NCBI RefSeq assembly: GCF_006345805.1
Contig: NC_043012.1
Location: forward strand, 42,532,001-42,596,000
Direction of reading: 5' to 3'
Source of the DNA: Octopus sinensis
Taxonomy: Eukaryota
Length of the DNA stretch: 64,000 bases
This document shows positions 38,931-51,100 of the stretch, in pieces. Position numbers and translations under genes: made by a program. The notes under the pieces were generated by a model. The model was not told where the DNA came from. It worked only from the letters and a program-made list of their open reading frames with translations, and ran no database searches. Numbering within the stretch: the first letter of the stretch is position 1; each line of letters opens with the position of its first letter.

Positions 38931-40283
38931 TTATAATTCTAAATAATTTTAATGAGATAAAGTGAAAAAAAGGAACGATAGGGTAAAGAAAGGGGCTTCG
39001 TAATTTCTAGTTTTCAAATAGATTGAAAGCGAAGTGGACGCTGTAATAGAAGTTGAAAGAAAATTATTCTCAGAAAATAAACAAAAATGAAGTCGTAATT
39101 CAGATGTTACCTTAAGTTAAAGGAAAATAAACAAATGAAAAGGATACTTATTCGCAAGAGGTAAAATTCCAAATCCTTGTTCTTGTACGAAGAAGTTTTC
39201 TTTCAAAAAGGAAAACAATTCTTTCTGCTTCTTACATACGGCTGGAAATAAAAGTACGACGAAAACTGCGTAACTGACTTTAATGTATTATATTCGGCTT
39301 GTAGCGAAATATATAAGCATTATTTCGTAAGTTTGAGCTAATAGATCGTGATATCTTGACTTGCTTTCAAAACATAATTATTAGTAACAATTATTGAGCC
39401 TAACAGACATATTCGACCCTCTAATGTACGACCTGTCTCTCATCCTTAATATAGCGGCATTAAATGTAGAATAAGTTTTTATATATATAATAAGTTTTTA
39501 TATACATCGGTAAATACCTGTGACTTTTTCTTTGTCTTGACGAAAGTGTCGATGGTATTGCGTCAACAGCTCCAGTAGCTATTATTGCACAATATTTTCA
39601 CGGAGATTCTGTCCAGAATGGTGAATTAAATTGAAAAAATTACATCAAAAAGGCGATAAATGACTTGTTTTTAAAATGTTTTGTTAAAGACAAAATTGTC
39701 AAAAATAATTTCGGTTACGAATGATGACGCACGCAATATGGAAGACAGGAATGTCTACTTTGTAAAGCAATTTACAGAAGCTGTTGGTCATCCAGTTGTT
39801 GTTTTTTTTTTTCTCTTGTATTTTACACGAGTAAGTTCTGTGTGGAAAATAATGCTTCAAATATTTCGATGTGATGACAAGGGATGTGACAAAGACAAGA
39901 CGAAAATATTAATTTTTAACTAAAGTTAAAACCATTTACGGTGGTTTACTAATGAACAATAATGTGTGTTGGTTGGGTTTTGGTTAAATACTTGTCAAAT
40001 ATTTAAGTGATATGAAACTATTTATAGGTATGAAAAGCTTGAAGCATGATATTCTTCGGTTAAATTATTTTTCTTGGTTCAGTAAATTTAGGATTGTGAA
40101 AAATTCTCAGCTCTAAATGATATAAAAAATAAACAAGACAAATAAAATAAGTCATTGCTGATATAGTAATGACTGCTAAAATAGTATGTATGCATATATG
40201 TTTATGAATAAATTTATAACTATATTTACCTTTCATGTCTACATTCATCATCCATCCACCCATCCATCCATCCATCCATCCAT

Positions 40284-40341
<58 letters not shown>

Positions 40342-40849
40342 CTCTAATCATGTGTGTGTGAGTGTGTAACTGTGTCTTTTCATTTCTGTCTGTGTGTGTG
40401 TTTGTGCGTGTGTGTGAGTGTGTGTGTGTGTGAGTGATTGCTTTCATTTCTGTTTGTGTGTGTGAGTGTGTAACTGTGTATTTTCATTTCTGTGTTTGTG
40501 TGTGTGTGTATTTTTGCGTGTGTGTGGGTGTGTGTGTGAGTGAGTGTTTTCACTTCAGTGTTTGTGTGTGCGTGTGAGACTGTTTTCATTTCTGTGTGTG
40601 CGTGTGTGTGAGCGACTGTGTTTTCATTTGATGATGTGTGCGCGACAATTACAGCTACAACAAACACACATTTTCATATCACTAACTACTAAATCAAAAG
40701 AAATTCAATTTATTGCATCTTTAGCGACTTCAGATACTGCTTCAGATATTTCTCATATGGTGCTTCAAAATTGGATAAAACAAATTATCATACTGCGGTG
40801 GGGGGGGGGGCTGAGATTTAAACTGGGAGTGCTAAGCACCCATCCCCCG

Positions 40850-41170
40850 TAGCTACGTGCCTGGACCGGCCACAATTGGTCTCATTCTGAGATCTCTCTG
40901 CTGTGGAATATTTATGACTATAGAAGTTGACTTGTTACAGGCTTCGTTTATGACCTCACTTTTGTGGATTTTGGGAAGTCCAGAGAAGTTACTGACATTG
41001 CAGTCGAATCTAGTCGAGTAATTCGTCTCCTTTTTTGTTAAATCTTGTTGGAACTGGTGGATAAGGGTAGACAGTTTGGTCATTATCTTCGATTGACTGT
41101 AGTTGTTGAATTTTAGTAGTAAGTATTGGCTTGAAGGAGGGTTAGGTGTTTATGTAGTTTTCTGATGGTA
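40850..41170 (-). mobile_element. Penelope-like element RT N-terminal fragment
   Basis: NFSGLPKIHKS...LRMRPIVAGP matches the PLE RT motif FYGLPKIHK...RPIV. Confidence 0.75.
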
Positions 41171-41174
41171 GTGG

Positions 41175-41368
41175 GGACAAACACAGGAACACAATCGTAT
41201 ACATATATACACTTGTATACGACGGGCTTTTTTCAGTTTCCGCGACCAAATCTAATCATAAGGATTCGATCGGTCCGAGGCTATAGAAGAAAACACTTGC
41301 CTAAGGTGCCACGCAGTGGGGCTGAACTTGGAAACATGTGGTTGGTAAGCATGCTACTTACCACACAC
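41175..41368 (-). mobile_element. SINE family B 5' part
   Basis: Reverse complement reads GTGTGGTAAGTAGCATGCTTACCAACCACATG...TTCAGCCCCACTGCGTGGCACC. Confidence 0.78.
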
Positions 41369-41488
41369 ACACAGATATATATATATATTCCGGTTCTTGA
41401 CAGAAGATTGAAGGCTTCGAATGTCCCGTCCGTGTTTTTTGTATCATCTTCTAAATGTTTTACGTTCTTGTCCCAGTTTGTATTTTTC

Positions 41489-41550
<62 letters not shown>

Positions 41551-41701
41551 TTTCAGTAAAAACAATTAAGATTCAAGTGAGTTCTATTGAATTCACATGA
41601 TTGCGGTACTTAACTTAGATGCACCAGAAATCTATACGGTATTAACCATAAAATAATGTGGGGTGATTATAAACAAGAAAAAGGCAACAAGAATGGATTA
41701 G

Positions 41702-41796
41702 TTGTTCAGTACAATTGTTTCACACGAAGAACAGCTTTATTAAAAGCTACAAATATTGCAGCAAATACAAGTGTCCCGTATTCATCAGCCAAAACA
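41702..41796 (-). ncRNA. Type I hammerhead with a branched stem II
   Basis: Core CUGAUGA (41788-41782); stem II AUACG/CGUGU enclosing UGCAA/UUGUA and GCUUU/AAAGC hairpins; GAAAC; palindromic AAUU loop; GUA site; wobble-rich stem I. The copy at 44057-44150 (+) has the mutated core CUAAUGA. Confidence 0.62.
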
Positions 41797-41990
41797 CATG
41801 AGTTTTCCAAACATCCTAGGGGTGAGGCCACACTCATGAAGTATCGAAGAGAGTTCTATAAAAAGCAAAGTTAGATTGTAAGCAGACTTCAAAAGTTCTC
41901 TAATGATGCACAGTTTTATAAAAGGTTTTTAGCTATAATATTAACTATAATAACGATAAATATACTCATAATAATCAGAATAGCAACAAT

Positions 41991-42386
41991 ATGGGATATC
42001 TATCCTTAAATAATTCTACATTTGAAGATGATCCCCCTAGGTGTAATTGTAGAATTAAGTCAAAATGCCCGGCACCTGGTCTGTGTGGGGTAAATAACGT
42101 AATCTATAAATGTACCATAACTACTGAGAATAGCAAATTTTTTTATTTAGTTTGTACTATAAAATTAAAACAAAGAGTTAGCAACCATATCTCCTCGTTT
42201 AAGTTACGTCATAAAGCTGGTTGCACCACACTTTCAAGTAAGATCTGGGAACTCAAAAATAATAATATTAAATATAACCTTAATTGGGAAATAGTTAGAA
42301 GAGCGATGCCTTATAGAAATAACAGGGTAGGTTGCCAACTCTGCTCCATGGAGACATATGAAATTCTAAGGCATAGAAAAAATTAA
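41991..42386 (+). pseudogene. Penelope-type GIY-YIG endonuclease domain
   Basis: CNCR...CP..GLC..NNVIYKC...FYL...LKQRVSNH..SF...TTLSSKIWELK...WEIV...CQLCSME. Confidence 0.82.
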
Positions 42387-42484
42387 AATTTGTTAAATAA
42401 ATTGTTAAAAATTAAAAATTAAAAAATTAAAATTTGTTAAATAATTTGTTAAAAATTAAAATTTGTTAAATAATTTGTTAAAAA

Positions 42485-42900
42485 GGCGCAGGAGTGGCTG
42501 TGTGGTAAGTAGCTTGCCTACCAACCACATGGTTCTGGGTTCAGTCCCACTGCGTGGCATCTTGGGAAAGTGTCTTCTGCTATAGCCTCGGGCCGACCAA
42601 AGCCTTGTGAGTGGATTTGGTAGACAGAAACTGAAAGAAGCCTGTCGTATATATGTATATATATATATATGTATGTATGTGTGTGTGTATATGTTTGTGT
42701 GTCTGTGTTTGTCCCTCTAGCATTGCTTGACAACCGATGCTGGTGTGTTTACGTCCCCGTTACTTAGCGGTTCGGCAAAAGAGACCGATAGAATAAGTAC
42801 TGGGCTTACAAAGAATAAGTTCCGGGATCGATTTGCTCGACTAAAGGCGATGCTCCAGCATGGCCGCAGTCAAATGACTGAAACAACTAAAAGAGAAAAA
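42485..42900 (+). mobile_element. tRNA-derived SINE family B, near full length
   Basis: GGCGCAGGAGTGGCTGTGTGGTAAG head (A box), GGTTCAGTCCC (B box), internal microsatellite, tail GAATAAGTACTGGGCTTACAAAG...CAGCATGGCCGCAGTCAAATGACTGAAAC. Confidence 0.85.
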
Positions 42901-44174
42901 AAGAGAGTAAAAGAGAGTATAGAATTAGGTCTATCTTGTATTCACTCGAAAATTAAGACTCTTAAATATTTTAAATAAAAATCGTATAGAATAATCGTAT
43001 GGAGCTAGGTCTATCCTGTGAGCTCTTCCACTGGTGTTCTTTCTTTCTAACTGTACCTGTTTTAGAACACAAAGAAATAAATGGTATTTGTACGTTGCCA
43101 AAAATTTTAATTGACTATATAGTTAATTTAATTTAATCTAATTTTAATCTAATTTAATTAAACCAATTTAAATCAAATAAGTTGCTAATACTTCCTAATT
43201 CTATTCTAAGTTTAATAAGTAATGCTACTCCCTTAATGATAATATAAGGAATTTTCACTATGATTTTTCACTATTTTTTTAATAAACAATACTCTCACAC
43301 CTTTTACTATAGAAATTAATTGACCTGTATAAACATTTGTATAAATAGTAACAATAATAAATAAATAAATAAGCTCCTGTTCTAGTATTGCACTTAAACC
43401 TCTTAATGTATTTTCCTCTACTGATAGCCTTTGACCCCTTTGATACTTTCTTTTGTTCTCTTTATATTCTTATATCTGCCTTTAACTCTGTAGGATTGGC
43501 TGTATGCTGGTCAAAAATAAAATTTAAAAAAAAATTTTTTTAATAATATTCTTTTATAAATCTCAGATTCCTGCAACTCTGACCTAGATTTTCTGTCACC
43601 ACAGAAATAAACTATTCTTTGTAGGTTGTGTACTTACACCCCTTCCTCTCATTTGTCCCATAATGCCCTATTTGGACGGTTTTCTGCTTCACTAATTTCT
43701 TTTAGCCAATATAGTCAATCTCTTCTTCCAACATAGTAGTTTTGTGAAATGAACAGAAATGTGATCAGCATCTTCTCATATATCAGGAAATTACATCTAC
43801 ATTATTATGGATAAATTCATCGTCTCTGAGTATGAAATATCTCCTCACATCTCCGGAAATTACACCTGCATTATTATGGATGGATTTACCTTTTCTGTGA
43901 GGCTAACAAACTTTTTTAAAAACCTTTTATAAAACTGTGCATCATTAGAGAACTTTTGAAGTCTGCTTACAATTTAACTTTGCTTTTTATAGAACTCTCT
44001 TCGATACTTCATGAGTGTGGCCTCACACCCTAGGATATTTGGAAAACTCATATGTGTTTTGGCTAATGAATACTGGGCACTTGTATTTGCTGCAATATTT
44101 GTAGCTTTTGATAAAGCTATTCTTCGTATGAAACAATTGTACTAAACAACTAATCCATTCTTGTTGCTTTTTTC

Positions 44175-44208
44175 ATGTATATATATATATATATGTACGT
44201 ATGTATGT

Positions 44209-44239
<31 letters not shown>

Positions 44240-44275
44240 ATATATATATATATTATATATATGTACGTATGTATG

Positions 44276-44313
<38 letters not shown>

Positions 44314-44316
44314 ACG

Positions 44317-44377
<61 letters not shown>

Positions 44378-44483
44378 GTATGTATATATATATATATATA
44401 TGTACGTATGTGTATATAATATATATATATATATTATATATATATATATGTACGTATGTATATATATATATGTACGTATTATG

Positions 44484-44515
<32 letters not shown>

Positions 44516-44617
44516 ATATATATATGTACGTATGTATGTTATATATATATGTACGTATTATAATATATATGTACGTATGTATGTATATATAAATATATAT
44601 ATATGTACGTATGTATG

Positions 44618-44649
<32 letters not shown>

Positions 44650-45921
44650 GTACGTATGTATGTGTATATATATATGTGGTGTGTTGTGTGTGTGTGTGTG
44701 TGGTGTGTGTGTGTGTACGTACGTATGTATATATATATATATATATATTATTGTGAATAGTTCAGGGACAGTACTTCTGACCTACTTTGCTCGGGTTGTA
44801 GTCTGGAAGTCTACGGTGTAAAGTTATAGTCCTTTGTTCTGCCATGTTCTGGAAAGAGTAACGACTTAGGAAGTGACATTTTGGCCCCTACGGTCAGGGA
44901 AAGTTCAAGAAACCACCCTTTAAAATGCGACGCGCTGTGAGCTTGTGGTCAGTCGAGAACAGAGTGAGTTGGCAACAGGTAGTTCTGCTAGAGACAGCAA
45001 AAGGAGACGAAGGAAGCGCATAGGAAGACAGACGCACAGTCATGAGAGATGACAGGCGAGATAGTGACAGGACAGCGTTGAGAACGACAGGCAGACAGTG
45101 AGAGGATGAGGGGTTGAGGAAGACATACACATAGGATTAAACAGCTAATAGAGATGGACTACGGTGTGAGGCATTGGCTGTTGTACGGTATGTGTTAATT
45201 ATTGAGTTGTGTTACTTATGTAAAAGAATTGAACAATGTGAATTGAGTAAAGAACTTGTTGATGTGTTATAAAGAACAATGCTAAAGGCTGGAAAAGAAA
45301 TGAGACAGTAAAGAGACATTGTGAATTAAGGAAAGAAAAAAAGAGTTGTTGAAATGTATTGATACGTGTTACAAATAAAGGAAGGAAAAAGACAAGAAAA
45401 GAACTCTGAACTGTATCGTTAATGTGTACGTTAATTGAACTGTTGTGACTTGAACATTGTATAATGTATTTGTTTGATTCGACGTGTACTGTTTAAATGC
45501 TGTTGTTTCCTTCTTTGATATATCTGATGTTTTCTTTAAATGTATTTGATGTTGTAATGATTGTCATAAACTGTTGTTAAATGTAGCCAATTGCCTTCCG
45601 CCGTGTCTCTGTATCTCTTCTTCCTGTTGTTGTTGTTCTCTCCGGTCCTGCCGGGTTCGCTGCCATCCCCACCGAGTTCTCTCTGTGTGGCGAATTCTCC
45701 GTTCGACTGAGCCTGGTCAATCGTCGTCGCTCGACTTGGTAGGATCCCGGGATCGAGTTTCAGCGACGGCAGGTGGGATTCCGTAACAATATATATATAT
45801 AAATATATATATGTACGTATGTATGCATATATATATATATATGTACGTATGTATGTATATATATAATATATATATGTACGTATGTATATATATATATGTA
45901 CGTATGTATATATATTATATA

Positions 45922-45956
<35 letters not shown>

Positions 45957-46037
45957 ATATATGTACGTATGTATGTATATATATATATATATGTACGTAT
46001 GTATGTATATATATATATATATGTGTGTGTGTGTACG

Positions 46038-46080
<43 letters not shown>

Positions 46081-46180
46081 GTATGTGTAATATATATATA
46101 TACATGTACGTATGTATGTATAAATATATATATATATATTATATATATATCTATATGTAGGTATGTATGTATATATAATA
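44175..46180. repeat. Compound (AT)n/ATGTACGTATGT microsatellite split by a ~1-kb insertion
   Basis: The same TACGTATGTAT-punctuated repeat lies at 44175-44750 and 45789-46180. Confidence 0.92.
44752..45788. mobile_element. Putative solo LTR
   Basis: Non-coding 1037-bp block with TGT...ACA termini, an internal AATAAA near 45374 and sharp boundaries inside a microsatellite; no clean target duplication. Confidence 0.5.
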
Positions 46181-46183
46181 TTA

Positions 46184-46460
46184 GTGACGCATATTTGCCA
46201 TTTGAATATGGCTAAACCCTAAGGGTGGATGCTACTGTAGTTTGTAGCCACAGGAGATATCTCCTCAGCTGTCTATAGACACACTATGTGTGTCCTCTCA
46301 GTATTTGTGAAGGGGAGTCATCCTCCCCGTCTTCAACTCACTGAGAGGACACAGATAGTGTGTCTATAGCCAACTGGAGGAGATATCTTCCTGGGGCTAC
46401 AAACTACAGTAGCATCCACCCTTAGGGGTAAGCCATATTCAAATAGCAAATATGCGTCAC
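46184..46460. mobile_element. Fold-back/MITE-like element with ~117-bp inverted arms
   Basis: GTGACGCATATTTGC...GCAAATATGCGTCAC; the arms pair over nearly their whole length. Confidence 0.8.
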
Positions 46461-46527
46461 GATGTGTTACCGCTACTGTTTAAAACTCGCTCTGAGATTT
46501 ATCATTATATGTATATATATATATATA

Positions 46528-46826
46528 TCACGTGACCATCACGTGACCGACCAGTCCATCAGCAGTGGTTACACATCGCTGGTCACAATGCGTTAGCATT
46601 GTTTTAGCCTTCGAATAACGCCATCACGTTGGCTAAGCGAGCAGGCCAAAAGAGTGGGAGAAAGAGTGGGGAAGGAGTACAACAGGGATCACCACACCCT
46701 GCCCGAGCCTCGTGAAGCTTTTAGGTGTTTTCGCTCAATAAACACTCACAACGCCTGGTCTGGGAATCGAAACCGCGATCCTACGACCGCGAGTCCGCTG
46801 CCCTAACCACTAGGCCATTGCGCCCC
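46528..46826 (-). mobile_element. tRNA(Arg)-like-headed SINE (family C)
   Basis: Minus-strand head GGCGCAATGGCCTAGTGGTTAGGGCAGCGGACTCGCGGTCGTAGGATCGCGGTTTCGATTCCC, with A box, B box and a TCG anticodon-like triplet, followed by a ~220-bp non-tRNA body. Confidence 0.78.
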
Positions 46827-46843
46827 CACATATTTATTATATG

Positions 46844-48165
<1,322 letters not shown>

Positions 48166-51100
48166 ATTCATAATTAATCAATATAGGGTGGCAAAAAAAA
48201 TTTTGTAGAATTTTTTGCCACCAGCGGGAAAAAATTAAATAGTCATAGACCATTTTTAAGTTCAACATCAACAATCAAGGAACGGCCATAATAGGCCATT
48301 CACCCACTAGAAATAACAGCCAAAGCTTCAACCGCAAATAAAAGTCAACTCCGTAAACAGGAGAAATTTAAAAAAACATTTACCCTGTAATTTCTTATAC
48401 GATGCACCGTTTCATCTGCTGTTTAATGGTAAACTAACCTGATTAAATTAAATCAAGCCAATCTTCCATAGGCCCTCAGATTCTTCAGTAAGAAATAGCC
48501 ACAAGTCGGAACAGATATTTTCACGAGGCATTTCCGACTCTGCCAAGGTAATATCTGACCTAAAATTTTCAAATCATCGCACTCGCGCCAAATTTATCGG
48601 CAGCAAATAAATATAAGCCGTCGATTCCATTACGGAATTAACCAGAAAATTCATAATTAATCAATATAGGGTGGCAAAAAAAAATTTTGTAGAATTTTTT
48701 TGCCACCAGCGGCCTAGTGGGAAAAAATTAAATAGTCATAGACCATTTTTAAGTTCAACATCAACAATCAAGGAACGGCCATAATAGGCCATTCACCCAC
48801 TAGAAATAACAGCCAAAGCTTCAACCGCAAATAAAAGTCAACTCCGTAAACAGGAGAAAATTAAAAAAAATTTACCCTGTAATTTCTTATACGATGCACC
48901 GTTTCATCTGCTGTTTAATGGTAAACTAACCTGATTAAATTAAATCAAGCCAATCTTCCATAGGCCCTCAGATTCTTCAGTAAGAAATAGCCACAAGTCG
49001 GAACAGATATTTTCACGAGGCATTTCCGACTCTGCCAAGGTAATATCTGACCTAAAATTTTCAAATCATCGCACTCGCGCCAAATTTATCGGCAGCAAAT
49101 AAATATAAGCCGTCGATTCCATTACGGAATTAACCAGAAAATTCATAATTAATCAATATAGGGTGGCAAAAAAAATTTTGTAGAATTTTTTTGCCACCAG
49201 CGGCCTAGTGGGGGAAAAAATTAAATAGTCATAGACCATTTTTAAGTTCAACATCAACAATCAAGGAACGGCCATAATAGGCCATTCACCCACTAGAAAT
49301 AACAGCCAAAGCTTCAACCGCAAATAAAAGTCAACTCCGTAAACAGGAGAAAATTTAAAAAACATTTACCCTGTAATTTCTTATACGATGCACCGTTTCA
49401 TCTGCTGTTTAATGGTAAACTAACCTGATTAAATTAAATCAAGCCAATCTTCCATAGGCCCTCAGATTCTTCAGTAAGAAATAGCCACAAGTCGGAACAG
49501 ATATTTTCACGAGGCATTTCCGACTCTGCCAAGGTAATATCTGACCTAAAATTTTCAAATCATCGCACTCGCGCCAAATTTATCGGCAGCAAATAAATAT
49601 AAGCCGTCGATTCCATTACGGAATTAACCAGAAAATTCATAATTAATCAATATAGGGTGCAAAAAAGAAAAAAAAAATTTTGTAGAATTTTTTGCCACCA
49701 GCGGCCTAGTGGGAAAAATTAAATAGTCATAGACCATTTTTAAGTTCAACATCAACAATCAAGGAACGGCCATAATAGGCCATTCACCCACTAGAAATAA
49801 CAGCCAAAGCTTCAACCGCAAATAAAAGTCAACTCCGTAAACAGGAGAAAATTTAAAAAAACATTTACCCTGTAATTTCTTATACGATGCACCGTTTCAT
49901 CTGCTGTTTAATGGTAAACTAACCTGATTAAATTAAATCAAGCCAATCTTCCATAGGCCCTCAGATTCTTCAGTAAGAAATAGCCACAAGTCGGAACAGA
50001 TATTTTCACGAGGCATTTCCGACTCTGCCAAGGTAATATCTGACCTAAAATTTTCAAATCATCGCACTCGCGCCAAATTTATCGGCAGCAAATAAATATA
50101 AGCCGTCGATTCCATTACGGAATTAACCAGAAAATTCATAATTAATCAATATAGGGTGGCAAAAAAATTTTGTAGAATTTTTTGCCACCAGCGGCCTAGT
50201 GGGAAAAAATTAAATAGTCATAGACCATTTTAAGTTCAACATCAACAATCAAGGAACGGCCATAATAGGCCATTCACCCACTAGAAATAACAGCCAAAGC
50301 TTCAACCGCAAATAAAAGTCAACTCCGTAAACAGGAGAGAAAATTTAAAAAACATTTACCCTGTAATTTCTTATACGATGCACCGTTTCATCTGCTGTTT
50401 AATGGTAAACTAACCTGATTAAATTAAATCAAGCCAATCTTCCATAGGCCCTCAGATTCTTCAGTAAGAAATAGCCACAAGTCGGAACAGATATTTTCAC
50501 GAGGCATTTCCGACTCTGCCAAGGTAATATCTGACCTAAAATTTTCAAATCATCGCACTCGCGCCAAATTTATCGGCAGCAAATAAATATAAGCCGTCGA
50601 TTCCATTACGGAATTAACCAGAAAATTCATAATTAATCAATATAGGGTGGCAAAAAAAATTTTGTAGAATTTTTTTGCCACCAGCGGCCTAGTGGGAAAA
50701 AATTAAATAGTCATAGACCATTTTTAAGTTCAACATCAACAATCAAGGAACGGCCATAATAGGCCATTCACCCACTAGAAATAACAGCCAAAGCTTCAAC
50801 CGCAAATAAAAGTCAACTCCGTAAACAGGAGAAAATTTAAAAAACATTTACCCTGTAATTTCTTATACGATGCACCGTTTCATCTGCTGTTTAATGGTAA
50901 ACTAACCTGATTAAATTAAATCAAGCCAATCTTCCATAGGCCCTCAGATTCTTCAGTAAGAAATAGCCACAAGTCGGAACAGATATTTTCACGAGGCATT
51001 CCGACTCTGCCAAGGTAATATCTGACCTAAAATTTTCAAATCATCGCACTCGCGCCAAATTTATCGGCAGCAAATAAATATAAGCCGTCGATTCCATTAC

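Larger units (their letters stand above)
41675..44175. mobile_element. Penelope-like fragment bracketed by ~255-bp inverted repeats (pseudo-LTR-like) that contain a hammerhead
   Basis: 41675-41930 and 43918-44175 are inverted copies differing by scattered substitutions; a GIY-YIG ORF lies just inside the left arm. Confidence 0.72.

Noticed and set aside
41395-41440. CAGAAGA-TTGAAGGCTTCGAA hammerhead-like stretch
   Set aside because: The U4 position is A, GAAA is incomplete, and there is no stem I partner.
46255-46275. Minus-strand CUGAGGA in the fold-back element
   Set aside because: It is part of a GGAGATATCTCC palindrome with no downstream GAAA.
46755-46826. Functional tRNA-Arg gene
   Set aside because: The acceptor stem does not close and the sequence continues into a SINE body.
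48505-48557. HDV-like ribozyme (TTCACG resembles the CPEB3 L3 loop)
   Set aside because: There is no proper P3, no GG for P1.1 after P1, and U at the catalytic C position. Kept only as a generic pseudoknot.
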